Below, piece after piece: positions 9,185-16,840 of a DNA stretch of 57,801 bases (position 1 is its first letter; the number at the start of each line of letters is the position of its first letter). Where the stretch lies: positions 1-57,801 of the IMG/VR virus record IMGVR_UViG_3300032080_000129; one strand, given 5' to 3'. Both the position numbers and the translations under genes were made by a program. This DNA is from a virus. Taxonomy: Duplodnaviria; Caudoviricetes. Under the pieces are notes generated by a model. It was not told the DNA's origin. It ran no database searches and saw nothing but the letters and a program-made list of their open reading frames with translations.

Positions 9185-9428
9185 GGTTGGTTCCTTTTGC
9201 GGCCGGCGCCGGGCAAGAGCCATCGCGGGCCGCGCGTTCGGCTTCTCGGAGGTCCCCAAACAGCAAGCCCTCGTAACGAGCAGCCAGCGAGGGATGACGA
9301 CTGCGGCTCCAGCACCCCTTAATAGCGTCGTACTGCTCTCTGAGAGCCTCGACGCGATCCCCCGGCGAGATTTCGTCCCGCCCGAAGGTGGGTATCGCAA
9401 CGCGGGTAATCTGCTTGGTGCTGCTCAT
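9174..9428 (-). CDS. Hypothetical protein, first gene after an internal promoter
   Basis: AAGGGAG RBS before ATG 9428. Confidence 0.6.
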   Translation of the reverse strand: MSSTKQITRVAIPTFGRDEISPGDRVEALREQYDAIKGCWSRSRHPSLAARYEGLLFGDLREAERAARDGSCPAPAAKGTNHDH

Positions 9429-9489
9429 AGGGCTGACTCCCTTGAGTAGGAGGGCTGGACGTTGGCGCGTCGCGAGCCCTGTTTGCTTG

Positions 9490-9541
9490 ATGGCACATAC
9501 GATACCACAGTGCCGGTTGCACATGCGCTACCATCCCCGCT
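9490..9541. promoter_or_regulatory. Divergent promoter pair with candidate operator
   Basis: Minus strand extended -10 TGG-TATCGT (9499-9507); plus strand -10 TACCAT (9529-9534) 7 nt before GTG; GGCAC..GTGCC inverted repeat and GCACAT direct repeats. Confidence 0.5.
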
Positions 9542-9700
9542 GTGACCCAGAAGGCAAAGCGAGCCGCCACCACCGTTCGCCTCCCCCAGGACATGCTCCC
9601 CTTGATCCAGCGAGAAGCCGACGAGGTAGGCGTCTCCAAGAACGAGTGGATCGCCCTGGTACTCGCCGCCGCAGTCGGCTACAGGCTGCCTAAGAAGTAG
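9542..9700 (+). CDS. Ribbon-helix-helix (Arc/CopG-like) regulator, 52 aa
   Basis: MTQKAKRAATTVRLPQDMLPLIQREADEVGVSKNEWIALVL: TTVRLP strand followed by the helix-GVS-helix signature; below the track cutoff. Confidence 0.78.
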   Translation: MTQKAKRAATTVRLPQDMLPLIQREADEVGVSKNEWIALVLAAAVGYRLPKK

Positions 9701-9708
9701 GCCAGCCA

Positions 9709-9939
9709 TCAGCCTTCCTTTCCTTCAGTAGGGGAGTCGATGAGGAGGAGTTCGGGGCAGCGGTACGAGGGCGGCTGCACGTAGAAGGGTTGGCCGGGCG
9801 CGTTCGGGAAGTCGGCGAGCGCGACGAAGCCGAACTGCTCGACCGCCGTGCCAGTGAACGTTCCGTCGCCACCGCCAGCGGTTTCCACCCGAGCCCCTAC
9901 CGTCAGCTCATGCCCCTGCTTGTCGTTGATGCGGGGCAT
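9709..9939 (-). CDS. Hypothetical phage protein
   Basis: AGGAG RBS. Confidence 0.6.
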   Translation of the reverse strand: MPRINDKQGHELTVGARVETAGGGDGTFTGTAVEQFGFVALADFPNAPGQPFYVQPPSYRCPELLLIDSPTEGKEG

Positions 9940-9941
9940 CT

Positions 9942-10265
9942 CTAGTTGGTCTCCTGCTGGGTGGAAGCGGCGGGCTCAGGCGCCGGTTTCCGAACGACGA
10001 GAAGCTCGAAAGGCACCGGATGTTTCAGGTACGTCTCAGCGAGCCCAAGCAGCCACATGCCAGGCGAGTAGGAAAACTCCACCGGGTCTTCGTCGCCGTT
10101 CTTCCAGCGGATGACCCACTCGTCGCTGCTGATCGCCAAGCGCGCCACCTGCTGCGCACGGTCGCGGGCTTCGTAGACGAGGATGGTTCCCTCGGCGCGT
10201 TCGGCCCGCTGCCGCATCGCGTCAAGCTGGCGCTCCAACTCCTGAACCGCTGCCGAGACCTTCAT
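9942..10265 (-). CDS. Hypothetical coiled-coil protein
   Basis: GGAGG RBS. Confidence 0.6.
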   Translation of the reverse strand: MKVSAAVQELERQLDAMRQRAERAEGTILVYEARDRAQQVARLAISSDEWVIRWKNGDEDPVEFSYSPGMWLLGLAETYLKHPVPFELLVVRKPAPEPAASTQQETN

Positions 10266-10562
10266 CTACTCGACCTCCTGTTTGAAGGAGGCGAGGGCAG
10301 CTCGGGCTACTTCATCGGTGCGGTCCTGAGCGGCAGAGTTCGTGAGATCGTCGTCGTTGTAGATGCCGACGATCTCCTCCAGGGCCTGAACCAGTCCCTG
10401 TATGGAGGTCTCGGGGAAGTACTTTTCGCCTTCGTTCTGGCAACCGCAAACGCAATTCGGGAATGCGCTCATGTCACTCGGTCGGCGGGAAGGGTCACGG
10501 CGCGTCAGGTGCACCACCGGCCACCCCGCCTCTTCTGCTTTGCGGGGATGGTTTGCCATCAC
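10266..10562 (-). CDS. Hypothetical phage protein
   Basis: Coupled ORF. Confidence 0.55.
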   Translation of the reverse strand: MMANHPRKAEEAGWPVVHLTRRDPSRRPSDMSAFPNCVCGCQNEGEKYFPETSIQGLVQALEEIVGIYNDDDLTNSAAQDRTDEVARAALASFKQEVE

Positions 10563-11125
10563 GCCGCTGCCTTTCGGAACGGGCTCTCGAGCTCCAGGCG
10601 AGCCAGGACGCCGCGGTTGGGGTACTCGATGTCAAGCCGTTCGCAGTGTTCGATCAGCTCCCGATCCAGCTCCTCGAAGTAGATGCGCTCGCGCTTGGCG
10701 GTGACGGCTGAGTGGAAGCCGGGGCAGAGCGGCGCCCCGATGATCGGGTTGTAGACGAGCTTCAGCAGCTCCTCGCGCGGCAGGTCGCCGAAGATCCGCC
10801 TCCACCACTGAGCTTCGATCAGGTGATGAGACTGGAGCTCGCCGCCGGAGCACTGGTGGCCCTCTCGCAGTTCGCGCGCCCAGCAGACCTCGCCGCTGCA
10901 GACCCGGTCGTGGAATTCTTCGGCTGCCGCTGCCTCCAGGGGCGTGTAGGTGCGCAGGCGACCGTTGTTCCTCGACGCCTTCTTGCGGGCGTTTCGCTCC
11001 ATGCCGGTGATGAACCGCCGCCAGCATTCGGGGCAGTTCGCCTCATCGGGCTCCGGGTTCATGTGCCGGGTCTTGTAGTACTCATTGCCGTCGATCTGGC
11101 AGCCGTAGGGGCAGTAGAGCTTCAT
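10559..11125 (-). CDS. Putative HNH-like / Zn-binding nuclease
   Basis: C..C-SG-ELQSHH...PLCPGFH pattern. Confidence 0.5.
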   Translation of the reverse strand: MKLYCPYGCQIDGNEYYKTRHMNPEPDEANCPECWRRFITGMERNARKKASRNNGRLRTYTPLEAAAAEEFHDRVCSGEVCWARELREGHQCSGGELQSHHLIEAQWWRRIFGDLPREELLKLVYNPIIGAPLCPGFHSAVTAKRERIYFEELDRELIEHCERLDIEYPNRGVLARLELESPFRKAAA

Positions 11126-11517
11126 CCCGCAGCCCTCCGCGCCGAATCGGTCCTAGCCCTGTGGCGGCGGGAGCGTGCGCGGCGACGACTGACAGCGCTC
11201 TCCTCCCACTCGGCAAGCCGTTCGGCGATGACAGTCCGCTTGCGCTTAGTCAACTTTCCCACGAGCACGTAGAGGGAGGTATGGGTCTCCTGCATCAACC
11301 GCTGGTGAGCGCGCCACTGGTAGCGAGGAATCGCCTTACACAGTTGCTCCAGCCGCATCTCCCGGAGCCAGTCGGGGATCTCGCCCATCAGGATCTCGGC
11401 GACCTTCACGTCTCCGGCCTTGATCGCTTTCTTCAGGCCGGCCCTTGCAAGTCGGACCTCGTTGGCGGTTGCCAGGGCTTGCATCCACTGCTCGGGATTC
11501 GGGTTTCGAGTTGCCAT
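11122..11517 (-). CDS. Actinobacterial integration host factor (mIHF/sIHF)-like protein
   Basis: ALATANEVRLARAGLKKAIKAG...IP...VGKLTKRKRTVI resembles the aIHF H2TH fold. Confidence 0.72.
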   Translation of the reverse strand: MATRNPNPEQWMQALATANEVRLARAGLKKAIKAGDVKVAEILMGEIPDWLREMRLEQLCKAIPRYQWRAHQRLMQETHTSLYVLVGKLTKRKRTVIAERLAEWEESAVSRRRARSRRHRARTDSARRAAG

Positions 11518-12003
11518 CTAGCGCTCACCCCCGGCGGCAGTCAACTCACGGCTAACCGTCTCCCTAACCTCAGCCAGATCCCGCAGCTTCTTCTCGAAGA
11601 GGCCGGTGATGTTCGGGGCGCGGTCCTGGCCGGCGACGATCTCTCGCGCTTCCTTCGCCGCTTTGCGGCACAGGTCGGGGTCAAACTCTGCGACCAGCTG
11701 CCGGATGCGATCGCGTCGGGGTAGTGGCCAGTCGTTGCCGAAATCGTTGGGGGACAACCAGCGGAGCCCAGCCGTCAGGTGGTGAATGACCTCTCGCTGC
11801 ACAGAAGACGTAACGTCTGCAGGACTTCTTTTGCAGTTAAGAGGAAGGTATGCATGCAGCCCTGACCCTTGCTGTTTCTCTGCACTCTGGACTCTGGACT
11901 CTGTACTGGCATCCCTAACGCATGCGGCTTCGCATCGCCCATTGCATATGCGGTTGCATTGCGACGGCAGTGCGCTGTAGATGCGTTTGCATTGCGTTCG
12001 CAT
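11518..12003 (-). CDS. Putative C-terminal part of a replication initiator
   Basis: TGATG overlap with the YdaU-like gene; QCKRI/QCNRI and ESRVQS low-complexity linker typical of phage initiators. Confidence 0.5.
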   Translation of the reverse strand: MRTQCKRIYSALPSQCNRICNGRCEAACVRDASTESRVQSAEKQQGSGLHAYLPLNCKRSPADVTSSVQREVIHHLTAGLRWLSPNDFGNDWPLPRRDRIRQLVAEFDPDLCRKAAKEAREIVAGQDRAPNITGLFEKKLRDLAEVRETVSRELTAAGGER

Positions 12004-12004
12004 C
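11885..12004. repeat. Iteron-like repeats (candidate origin)
   Basis: ATGCG[G/T]TTGCATTGCG at 11948 and 11981 (33 bp apart), a related copy near 11922, and CTCTGGA tandem repeats near 11886. Confidence 0.45.
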
Positions 12005-12380
12005 AGGCGGCCTTCGCTTCTTCTTCGGCAACCCTGCGCAGCCGCTCTCGCTCCCAGCGCGCCTCGGCCGCCTTCCGTGCCGACTCCGATTTGCCCAGAG
12101 CCTCGGTGCGGACGTCCTCCATCTTCAGGTTGACCAGCCCGCCATCGCCGTTTGGGTGCCACTTGTGGGCGAATGCCGGCCACAGTTTTTTTAGCCGCGA
12201 CGGCGAGGAAGAAAGGAAGCGGGCGTTCGCCGCCACCTCGGCGAAGATCGAGCCTCGCTGCCAGGCGATCAGGAGCAGCTTCCAATAGGCCCCGAACTCC
12301 TCGTCGGTAAGCCCCATCTCCATAGCGTCCGCGAGAGCGTCGTCGACCCAGAGCTTCATGTAGGGGAGTTCTGATGGCAC
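12003..12380 (-). CDS. YdaU/DUF1376-like replication protein
   Basis: LPYMKLWVDDALAD...LTDEEFGAYWKLLLIAW...LVNLKM. Confidence 0.8.
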   Translation of the reverse strand: MPSELPYMKLWVDDALADAMEMGLTDEEFGAYWKLLLIAWQRGSIFAEVAANARFLSSSPSRLKKLWPAFAHKWHPNGDGGLVNLKMEDVRTEALGKSESARKAAEARWERERLRRVAEEEAKAA

Positions 12381-13184
12381 TCACCGTCCCCCGCTTGCAG
12401 TCGTCGCCAAAGGCGGCATCTCGTCATAGGTGCGGCCGTCGAGCAGGCGCCCGTTGGACTCAGGGCGGGGTCCACCGTTCTGCTTGTGGAAGAAGGCGAC
12501 GCCTTCGACCGCGCACTCGCCGCGAAGGTCGGCGGCCCACGCGGGATCGAAGGAACGGTGGCCAGGGCCGGACTCCCCGCCCGTGATCAGCCAGTCGATA
12601 TCGGTGAGGTCGAGTTGGCGGCCCTCGTAGCCGTCCCGCCATTGGCCACCCGGCGCATCGCAGACCAGCGGACCCAACAGCGACTCGGCCGAGATGAATC
12701 GAACCGCCGCCGGCACTTTGCGAAGCAGATCGGCCCGGTACACCCACCGATGAGTCTCAACGGTCACGCCCAACCAGACGTTCGGATACCCGTCGCCCCA
12801 GTCGGCGGGAAGCCTGGTCGGAATCAGGCGGGGGCGCTTGGTGAGGATCTGGTAGGTCGACTCCGGCGTTTCGCGGATGACTCTCCACGCCTCGTCGCGC
12901 CACTCGTCGGCCGCCGGGTGAAACCAGTCAGACCAGGAGCAGGTGAAGACGAGGTGGCGCCCGCGCTCAGCGATTGCCGCATCGCGCTCGCGCTTCCAGG
13001 AAGTCTTCCGCAGGGGCGCGTAGAAGGTGGCGTCAGCGCAGCGCTGCACGACTTCGGGGTCACGCCCGTAGCGGCGCTGATCCCGGAACATGTAGCACTC
13101 GTCGCAGCCCTCGCTGACTTTGTCGCAGCCTCGCCAGGGGTTCCAGGTCGAGTCGGTCCACTCGATGACCGAGCGCTCGCCCAT
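12381..13184 (-). CDS. DUF5131 (phage Gp37/Gp68) radical-SAM-like protein
   Basis: IEWTDSTWNPWRGCDKVSEGCDECY, YQILTKRP, NVWLGVTVE, GGESGP, FFHKQ. Confidence 0.92.
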   Translation of the reverse strand: MGERSVIEWTDSTWNPWRGCDKVSEGCDECYMFRDQRRYGRDPEVVQRCADATFYAPLRKTSWKRERDAAIAERGRHLVFTCSWSDWFHPAADEWRDEAWRVIRETPESTYQILTKRPRLIPTRLPADWGDGYPNVWLGVTVETHRWVYRADLLRKVPAAVRFISAESLLGPLVCDAPGGQWRDGYEGRQLDLTDIDWLITGGESGPGHRSFDPAWAADLRGECAVEGVAFFHKQNGGPRPESNGRLLDGRTYDEMPPLATTASGGR

Positions 13185-13513
13185 CAGACCCCGGCTCCCG
13201 TGGTGGCTTTGTGAGACACGAGGTCGCCGAACGTCTCGTCAACTCGCGAGCAATCGTTGTGGTCATCGGCCGGACCACCGCTGAGCGTTTCGAAGATCGA
13301 CCGGCTGTGGTCCGCGCTCGAGGTCCAGAACTCCAGCCACATACCGGTGAGGTCGAAGCGGATCAGCACGAAGTCGCCGCGCCCGTCGGTTCGGTCGATC
13401 CAGCCGTAGACGTCTACCCCGCCTTCGTGGTTTTCCAGATGACGATCCCAGCGAACCAGCGGCAACAGGTTCAGCGTCTGCGCAATCCGCTGCTTGGTGA
13501 TCGGACCCATCAC
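13184..13513 (-). CDS. Hypothetical phage protein
   Basis: Coupled ORF. Confidence 0.65.
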   Translation of the reverse strand: MMGPITKQRIAQTLNLLPLVRWDRHLENHEGGVDVYGWIDRTDGRGDFVLIRFDLTGMWLEFWTSSADHSRSIFETLSGGPADDHNDCSRVDETFGDLVSHKATTGAGV

Positions 13514-14445
13514 GCCGCCTCCCGATCCTGCATCCGTTCCAATGACGATTCCTCTAAGCCAGGAAGAGGGGCGGGCTCAGCATCGGCGGGAAGAGAGGCG
13601 CTCAGACTCGCCCCACCCGGACCTTGCGTATCGCGGGACACCGATGCTGAGCCCTCGCCCGAAACAGCAGCGACCAAGGAGTCGCCACACCTACCGCTGC
13701 TGTTTCCGACGAGCGATTGATCGGGCGAGGTACCGCCGGGGGTCGCTTTGACTGCCCCCGTCCCATCCATCGGGGGCTGGCCGCGACCCTCGGCGGTACC
13801 CTCGCCCGAAACGATGCTGGCCACGCCCGAGGACGCTCCTTCAGGACCAGCACCGTTTCCGACGAGCGTTTGAATCTCCCCGACGGACTCATAATCCGTC
13901 CGGGCACCGAACCTTTCTTGGCCCTTCCGGGTGAAGATGTAGACGCCTGACTTCGCGCCCTTCCTCGCCGCGATCGTCGACTTGCGTCGTTCCTTCTCCT
14001 CGATTAGGCCGCTGCCGGCGAGGGAGCCGAACTGTGCGGTTGCGAGTCGTCGGCACTCCTTTACTTCGCCTTCGGGGTAGAGGTCGATCAGGTCGTCGGC
14101 GAAGCACTCCCCGGTGGTTTTGATCCGGTCGATGATCGCTTGGCGGATCAGGCCGCTCAAGTCGCGGTTGTGTTTCTTGGTGGCTTGCTGATCGCGGACG
14201 GTCTGGAGTGGATGGCCAGTCGGGTCTACGTCGGGTCTGCCGTGCCGCTGGAGCCTCTTGGCGCACGCTTCGCTCCGGTACACCGCATCGGACCGGAGTC
14301 CCAGCAGAGAAGCGCGGCAGCCACAAGCGCACACGGGCTCCCCCGGGCCGCCGCAGACCGGGCACCGTTCGTTTTCGCCGACCTCGATGCTCCATTTGCC
14401 GTGGTGCGGGCAAACCAGATGACGCTTCGCGTTCGGCGGGGTCAC
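13510..14445 (-). CDS. Hypothetical protein with N-terminal Cys clusters and a possible wHTH
   Basis: CPHH, CPVC, CACGC; low-complexity tail. Confidence 0.65.
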   Translation of the reverse strand: MTPPNAKRHLVCPHHGKWSIEVGENERCPVCGGPGEPVCACGCRASLLGLRSDAVYRSEACAKRLQRHGRPDVDPTGHPLQTVRDQQATKKHNRDLSGLIRQAIIDRIKTTGECFADDLIDLYPEGEVKECRRLATAQFGSLAGSGLIEEKERRKSTIAARKGAKSGVYIFTRKGQERFGARTDYESVGEIQTLVGNGAGPEGASSGVASIVSGEGTAEGRGQPPMDGTGAVKATPGGTSPDQSLVGNSSGRCGDSLVAAVSGEGSASVSRDTQGPGGASLSASLPADAEPAPLPGLEESSLERMQDREAA

Positions 14446-14921
14446 TCGACTCCCCCGGTGTCCGGAATGGAGAAGTCAGGATGCTGGGAGGCCATGTGGC
14501 GCCGCACGTTTTTGAAGCTGCGATTGCAGCAAGGGCAGACGCCAGCCTTGATGCGCTTGAGAATCCGATCACGTTCGTTCCGGGCGCGAGTGGCCGCGGC
14601 CTTCTGCGCCCTCCGGCTTGCCTCGCTCTGATCAAGCTGGGCGGTGAGCCTGGCGCTTCTATCCCGCTGAGCCTCCAGGCGCAGACGAAGATCCTGCTCC
14701 TCGCTTAGACCCGAGTAGCGCCAGGAGTGTCCGAAGGGACAGCAAACTTCCCAGTGCTTGCCGGGGTGAGCGGCGCTGTTGTACTCCTGGGCCGACTCGT
14801 TGAAGGACTTCGGGATGGCGTAGGTGACGTGGCACGTCGGGCACTCGACTACATCCAGGGTCGTGGATGCGCTGAAACGCTTTCCCTCGGCTGCGCTGTA
14901 GATCGTCCTCGAAGCGGCCAT
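14442..14921 (-). CDS. Zn-finger / coiled-coil phage protein
   Basis: CPTC..CPFGH, coiled coil, CPCCNRSF...HMASQH C2H2 finger. Confidence 0.75.
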   Translation of the reverse strand: MAASRTIYSAAEGKRFSASTTLDVVECPTCHVTYAIPKSFNESAQEYNSAAHPGKHWEVCCPFGHSWRYSGLSEEQDLRLRLEAQRDRSARLTAQLDQSEASRRAQKAAATRARNERDRILKRIKAGVCPCCNRSFKNVRRHMASQHPDFSIPDTGGVE

Positions 14922-15961
14922 TACGCCACGACCTCGGTGTTCCAGATGGTGTCCGGCGTCGTCGGCTCAGGCTTGATCGCTTTCCAGATCAGATCCTCGT
15001 AGGGCTTGCCATCGAGCATCCGGAAGAGGACGGCGGTGTTGCCCCCGCACCGCTTGAAGTATTCGGCAATCTCGCGCCGGTCGTCCGTCGGCGGCTTCCC
15101 CTCAAAGAGCGCCTGAGCGGCGGCGACCTGCGCCCGGAATTCGTCGCGTAGAGAGGCGGTGGTCGAGTCGACCCAGGCGAAGATCTCGTCAGGGATTCCG
15201 TCCAGTTCGCTGACCGGATCCTGACCAGCGGCAAGTGCCTCCCAGATACGGCGGGCATTGATCCCGGTGACAATTCGATGCAGCCGGACGTACTCGGCGT
15301 GCTTGATCTTCACTCGCAACCCGGAGGTGAAGGTGACCACGTACCCCTCACAGTTGGGGCGGTCTTGGTCAACGAGTTCCTCGAAGCCGAGGTAGTGGCG
15401 CTCCGCCTTCTCCCCTGGCCAAGCACCGTGCATGTGCGGGCGGTCTTCAGCAGTCAGGTTGTCGAGCACTGCCAGGAGGACGAGTTTTCGGTCGCCGCCG
15501 TAATCGACGACGATCCGGTTAGCCGGGTAGACGATCTCGAAGAGGGCGGTTTCGCCGCGGTGCCAGGCAGCGCCGTGTTCGTGAAGGATGCGCGTCCCTT
15601 CGATTGCCTGCTCGCTGGTGAAGCTCCCACGGGTGGCGAGCCGCCATTCGTCGCCCAGCGGGTAGGCAATCCCGAGGGAGCCATCGACCTTCTCGGCGAC
15701 AGTGAACGTCCCCAATTCCGAGGTGTTCAGATCCGGGAGTTCGTGCAGGTTGAAGAACTTCGGGAACGGGCGAGCAACTACGGCTCCCTCGACATCAAGG
15801 ATCAGGCCTCGACACGCGAGCGTCTCTGGAGTCCAGTGCTTCTCGAACTGGGTTCGCTCCGTGTAGTTGTAGATCCACAGGTCGGCCTCGGGGTGGCGCT
15901 GACTTCGCAGCCATCCCTCGGCGACCAGCGCGTCTAGGCGCTCGCGGTCGAACTTGTTCAC
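14921..15961 (-). CDS. T4 Rnl1 (RnlA)-family RNA ligase
   Basis: CRGLI, RPFPKFFN, motif I EKVDGS, FEIV, EGYVV, RVKIK. Confidence 0.92.
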   Translation of the reverse strand: MNKFDRERLDALVAEGWLRSQRHPEADLWIYNYTERTQFEKHWTPETLACRGLILDVEGAVVARPFPKFFNLHELPDLNTSELGTFTVAEKVDGSLGIAYPLGDEWRLATRGSFTSEQAIEGTRILHEHGAAWHRGETALFEIVYPANRIVVDYGGDRKLVLLAVLDNLTAEDRPHMHGAWPGEKAERHYLGFEELVDQDRPNCEGYVVTFTSGLRVKIKHAEYVRLHRIVTGINARRIWEALAAGQDPVSELDGIPDEIFAWVDSTTASLRDEFRAQVAAAQALFEGKPPTDDRREIAEYFKRCGGNTAVLFRMLDGKPYEDLIWKAIKPEPTTPDTIWNTEVVA

Positions 15962-16206
15962 CTCGCCGCCCCCGCAAGCTCAAGAGCCTCAGCCCGATCA
16001 ACCGCCAAGCACTCCTCGCAAGGCTCCTGTCCCAGACGAGAGAGACCGAGGGAGAAGATCCGCCCAGACGCCTCACCCGTGTCGAAGTCCAGTTCCTTAC
16101 CGCAGCGGGACACCGAGATCCGGTGGCGGCCGATGACGCGCACCAGCTTCTCCTCGACATGGATCAGCCCCGTGTCCCGCTCGGCTACGTAGATGGTGCG
16201 GGCCAT
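15958..16206 (-). CDS. Hypothetical protein
   Basis: Coupled ORF; H..RCG..CEEC. Confidence 0.6.
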   Translation of the reverse strand: MARTIYVAERDTGLIHVEEKLVRVIGRHRISVSRCGKELDFDTGEASGRIFSLGLSRLGQEPCEECLAVDRAEALELAGAAR

Positions 16207-16436
16207 CAGTCGAGCTCCTTTGCTCGCCAGCAGGCGCCGTCGAGTTCCGCGAGTCCGGCGCGCTCGAGGACGCGGAGCTGGTAGCTGATGCTCGCCAGCG
16301 GAATGTCAACGAAGGGTTTCTGCGCGCCGATCAGCGTCAGACTCATCGGCCTCTCCGCCTTGCACAGAAGTTCGTAGAGCTTCATGCCCGTCTCGTTTTT
16401 GAGGGCCTCCTGCTGCTTGTGGGAGTGGTCGACCAT
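16206..16436 (-). CDS. Small ArsR-like HTH protein
   Basis: ALKNE...LASISYQLRVLERAGL. Confidence 0.7.
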   Translation of the reverse strand: MVDHSHKQQEALKNETGMKLYELLCKAERPMSLTLIGAQKPFVDIPLASISYQLRVLERAGLAELDGACWRAKELD

Positions 16437-16840
16437 CAGGACGACACCTCCTCAAGGTCATCGCCGAGTGCGGAGATCAGCTCGCCCGCTCGGACCGCGG
16501 CGTTGGCCGCTGCGTCAGGAGACCCCGCGACCGACATCGCCACCAGCTCGACGGTGAAGACACCAAGGCCGGTACTGAGGTCGGGCGCTTCGAACCCCGA
16601 TCCGTACTTGACAAGCGCCTTGGCGGCGCCCTCCTTTCCTCCGAACAACTCGTAGAAGGTGCGGCGAGACGTGCGGGCCGATTTGACGATGTCGCCGATC
16701 GACGCGGCCAGGTAGCCCTTCGCGCAGATGGCATGGGCCAAGCCGTCGAGGATCCGCCGGCGCTGGTTCTCCTCGACGAACTCCCTGGGCAGACCGTGGC
16801 GACCGGGGGGCAGGGTGCAGAGAAGCGGGGTGGTATACAT
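16436..16840 (-). CDS. TetR-family HTH protein with shortened C-terminus
   Basis: LPPGRHGLPREFV..NQRRRI...GY...SIGDIV..ARTSRRTFYELF..KE. Confidence 0.85.
   Translation of the reverse strand: MYTTPLLCTLPPGRHGLPREFVEENQRRRILDGLAHAICAKGYLAASIGDIVKSARTSRRTFYELFGGKEGAAKALVKYGSGFEAPDLSTGLGVFTVELVAMSVAGSPDAAANAAVRAGELISALGDDLEEVSS

Noticed and set aside
9425-9709. 94-aa minus-strand ORF
   Set aside because: Reads as the antisense of the RHH gene and runs through the divergent promoter
1850-9970. CRISPR array or DGR explanation for the short repeats
   Set aside because: Repeats are irregularly spaced and inside coding sequence; no cas operon, reverse transcriptase or adenine-specific TR/VR pair was seen
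11518-12384. 288-aa ORF as a single gene
   Set aside because: Its first half overlaps the YdaU-like gene in another frame and looks non-coding; start reassigned to 12003
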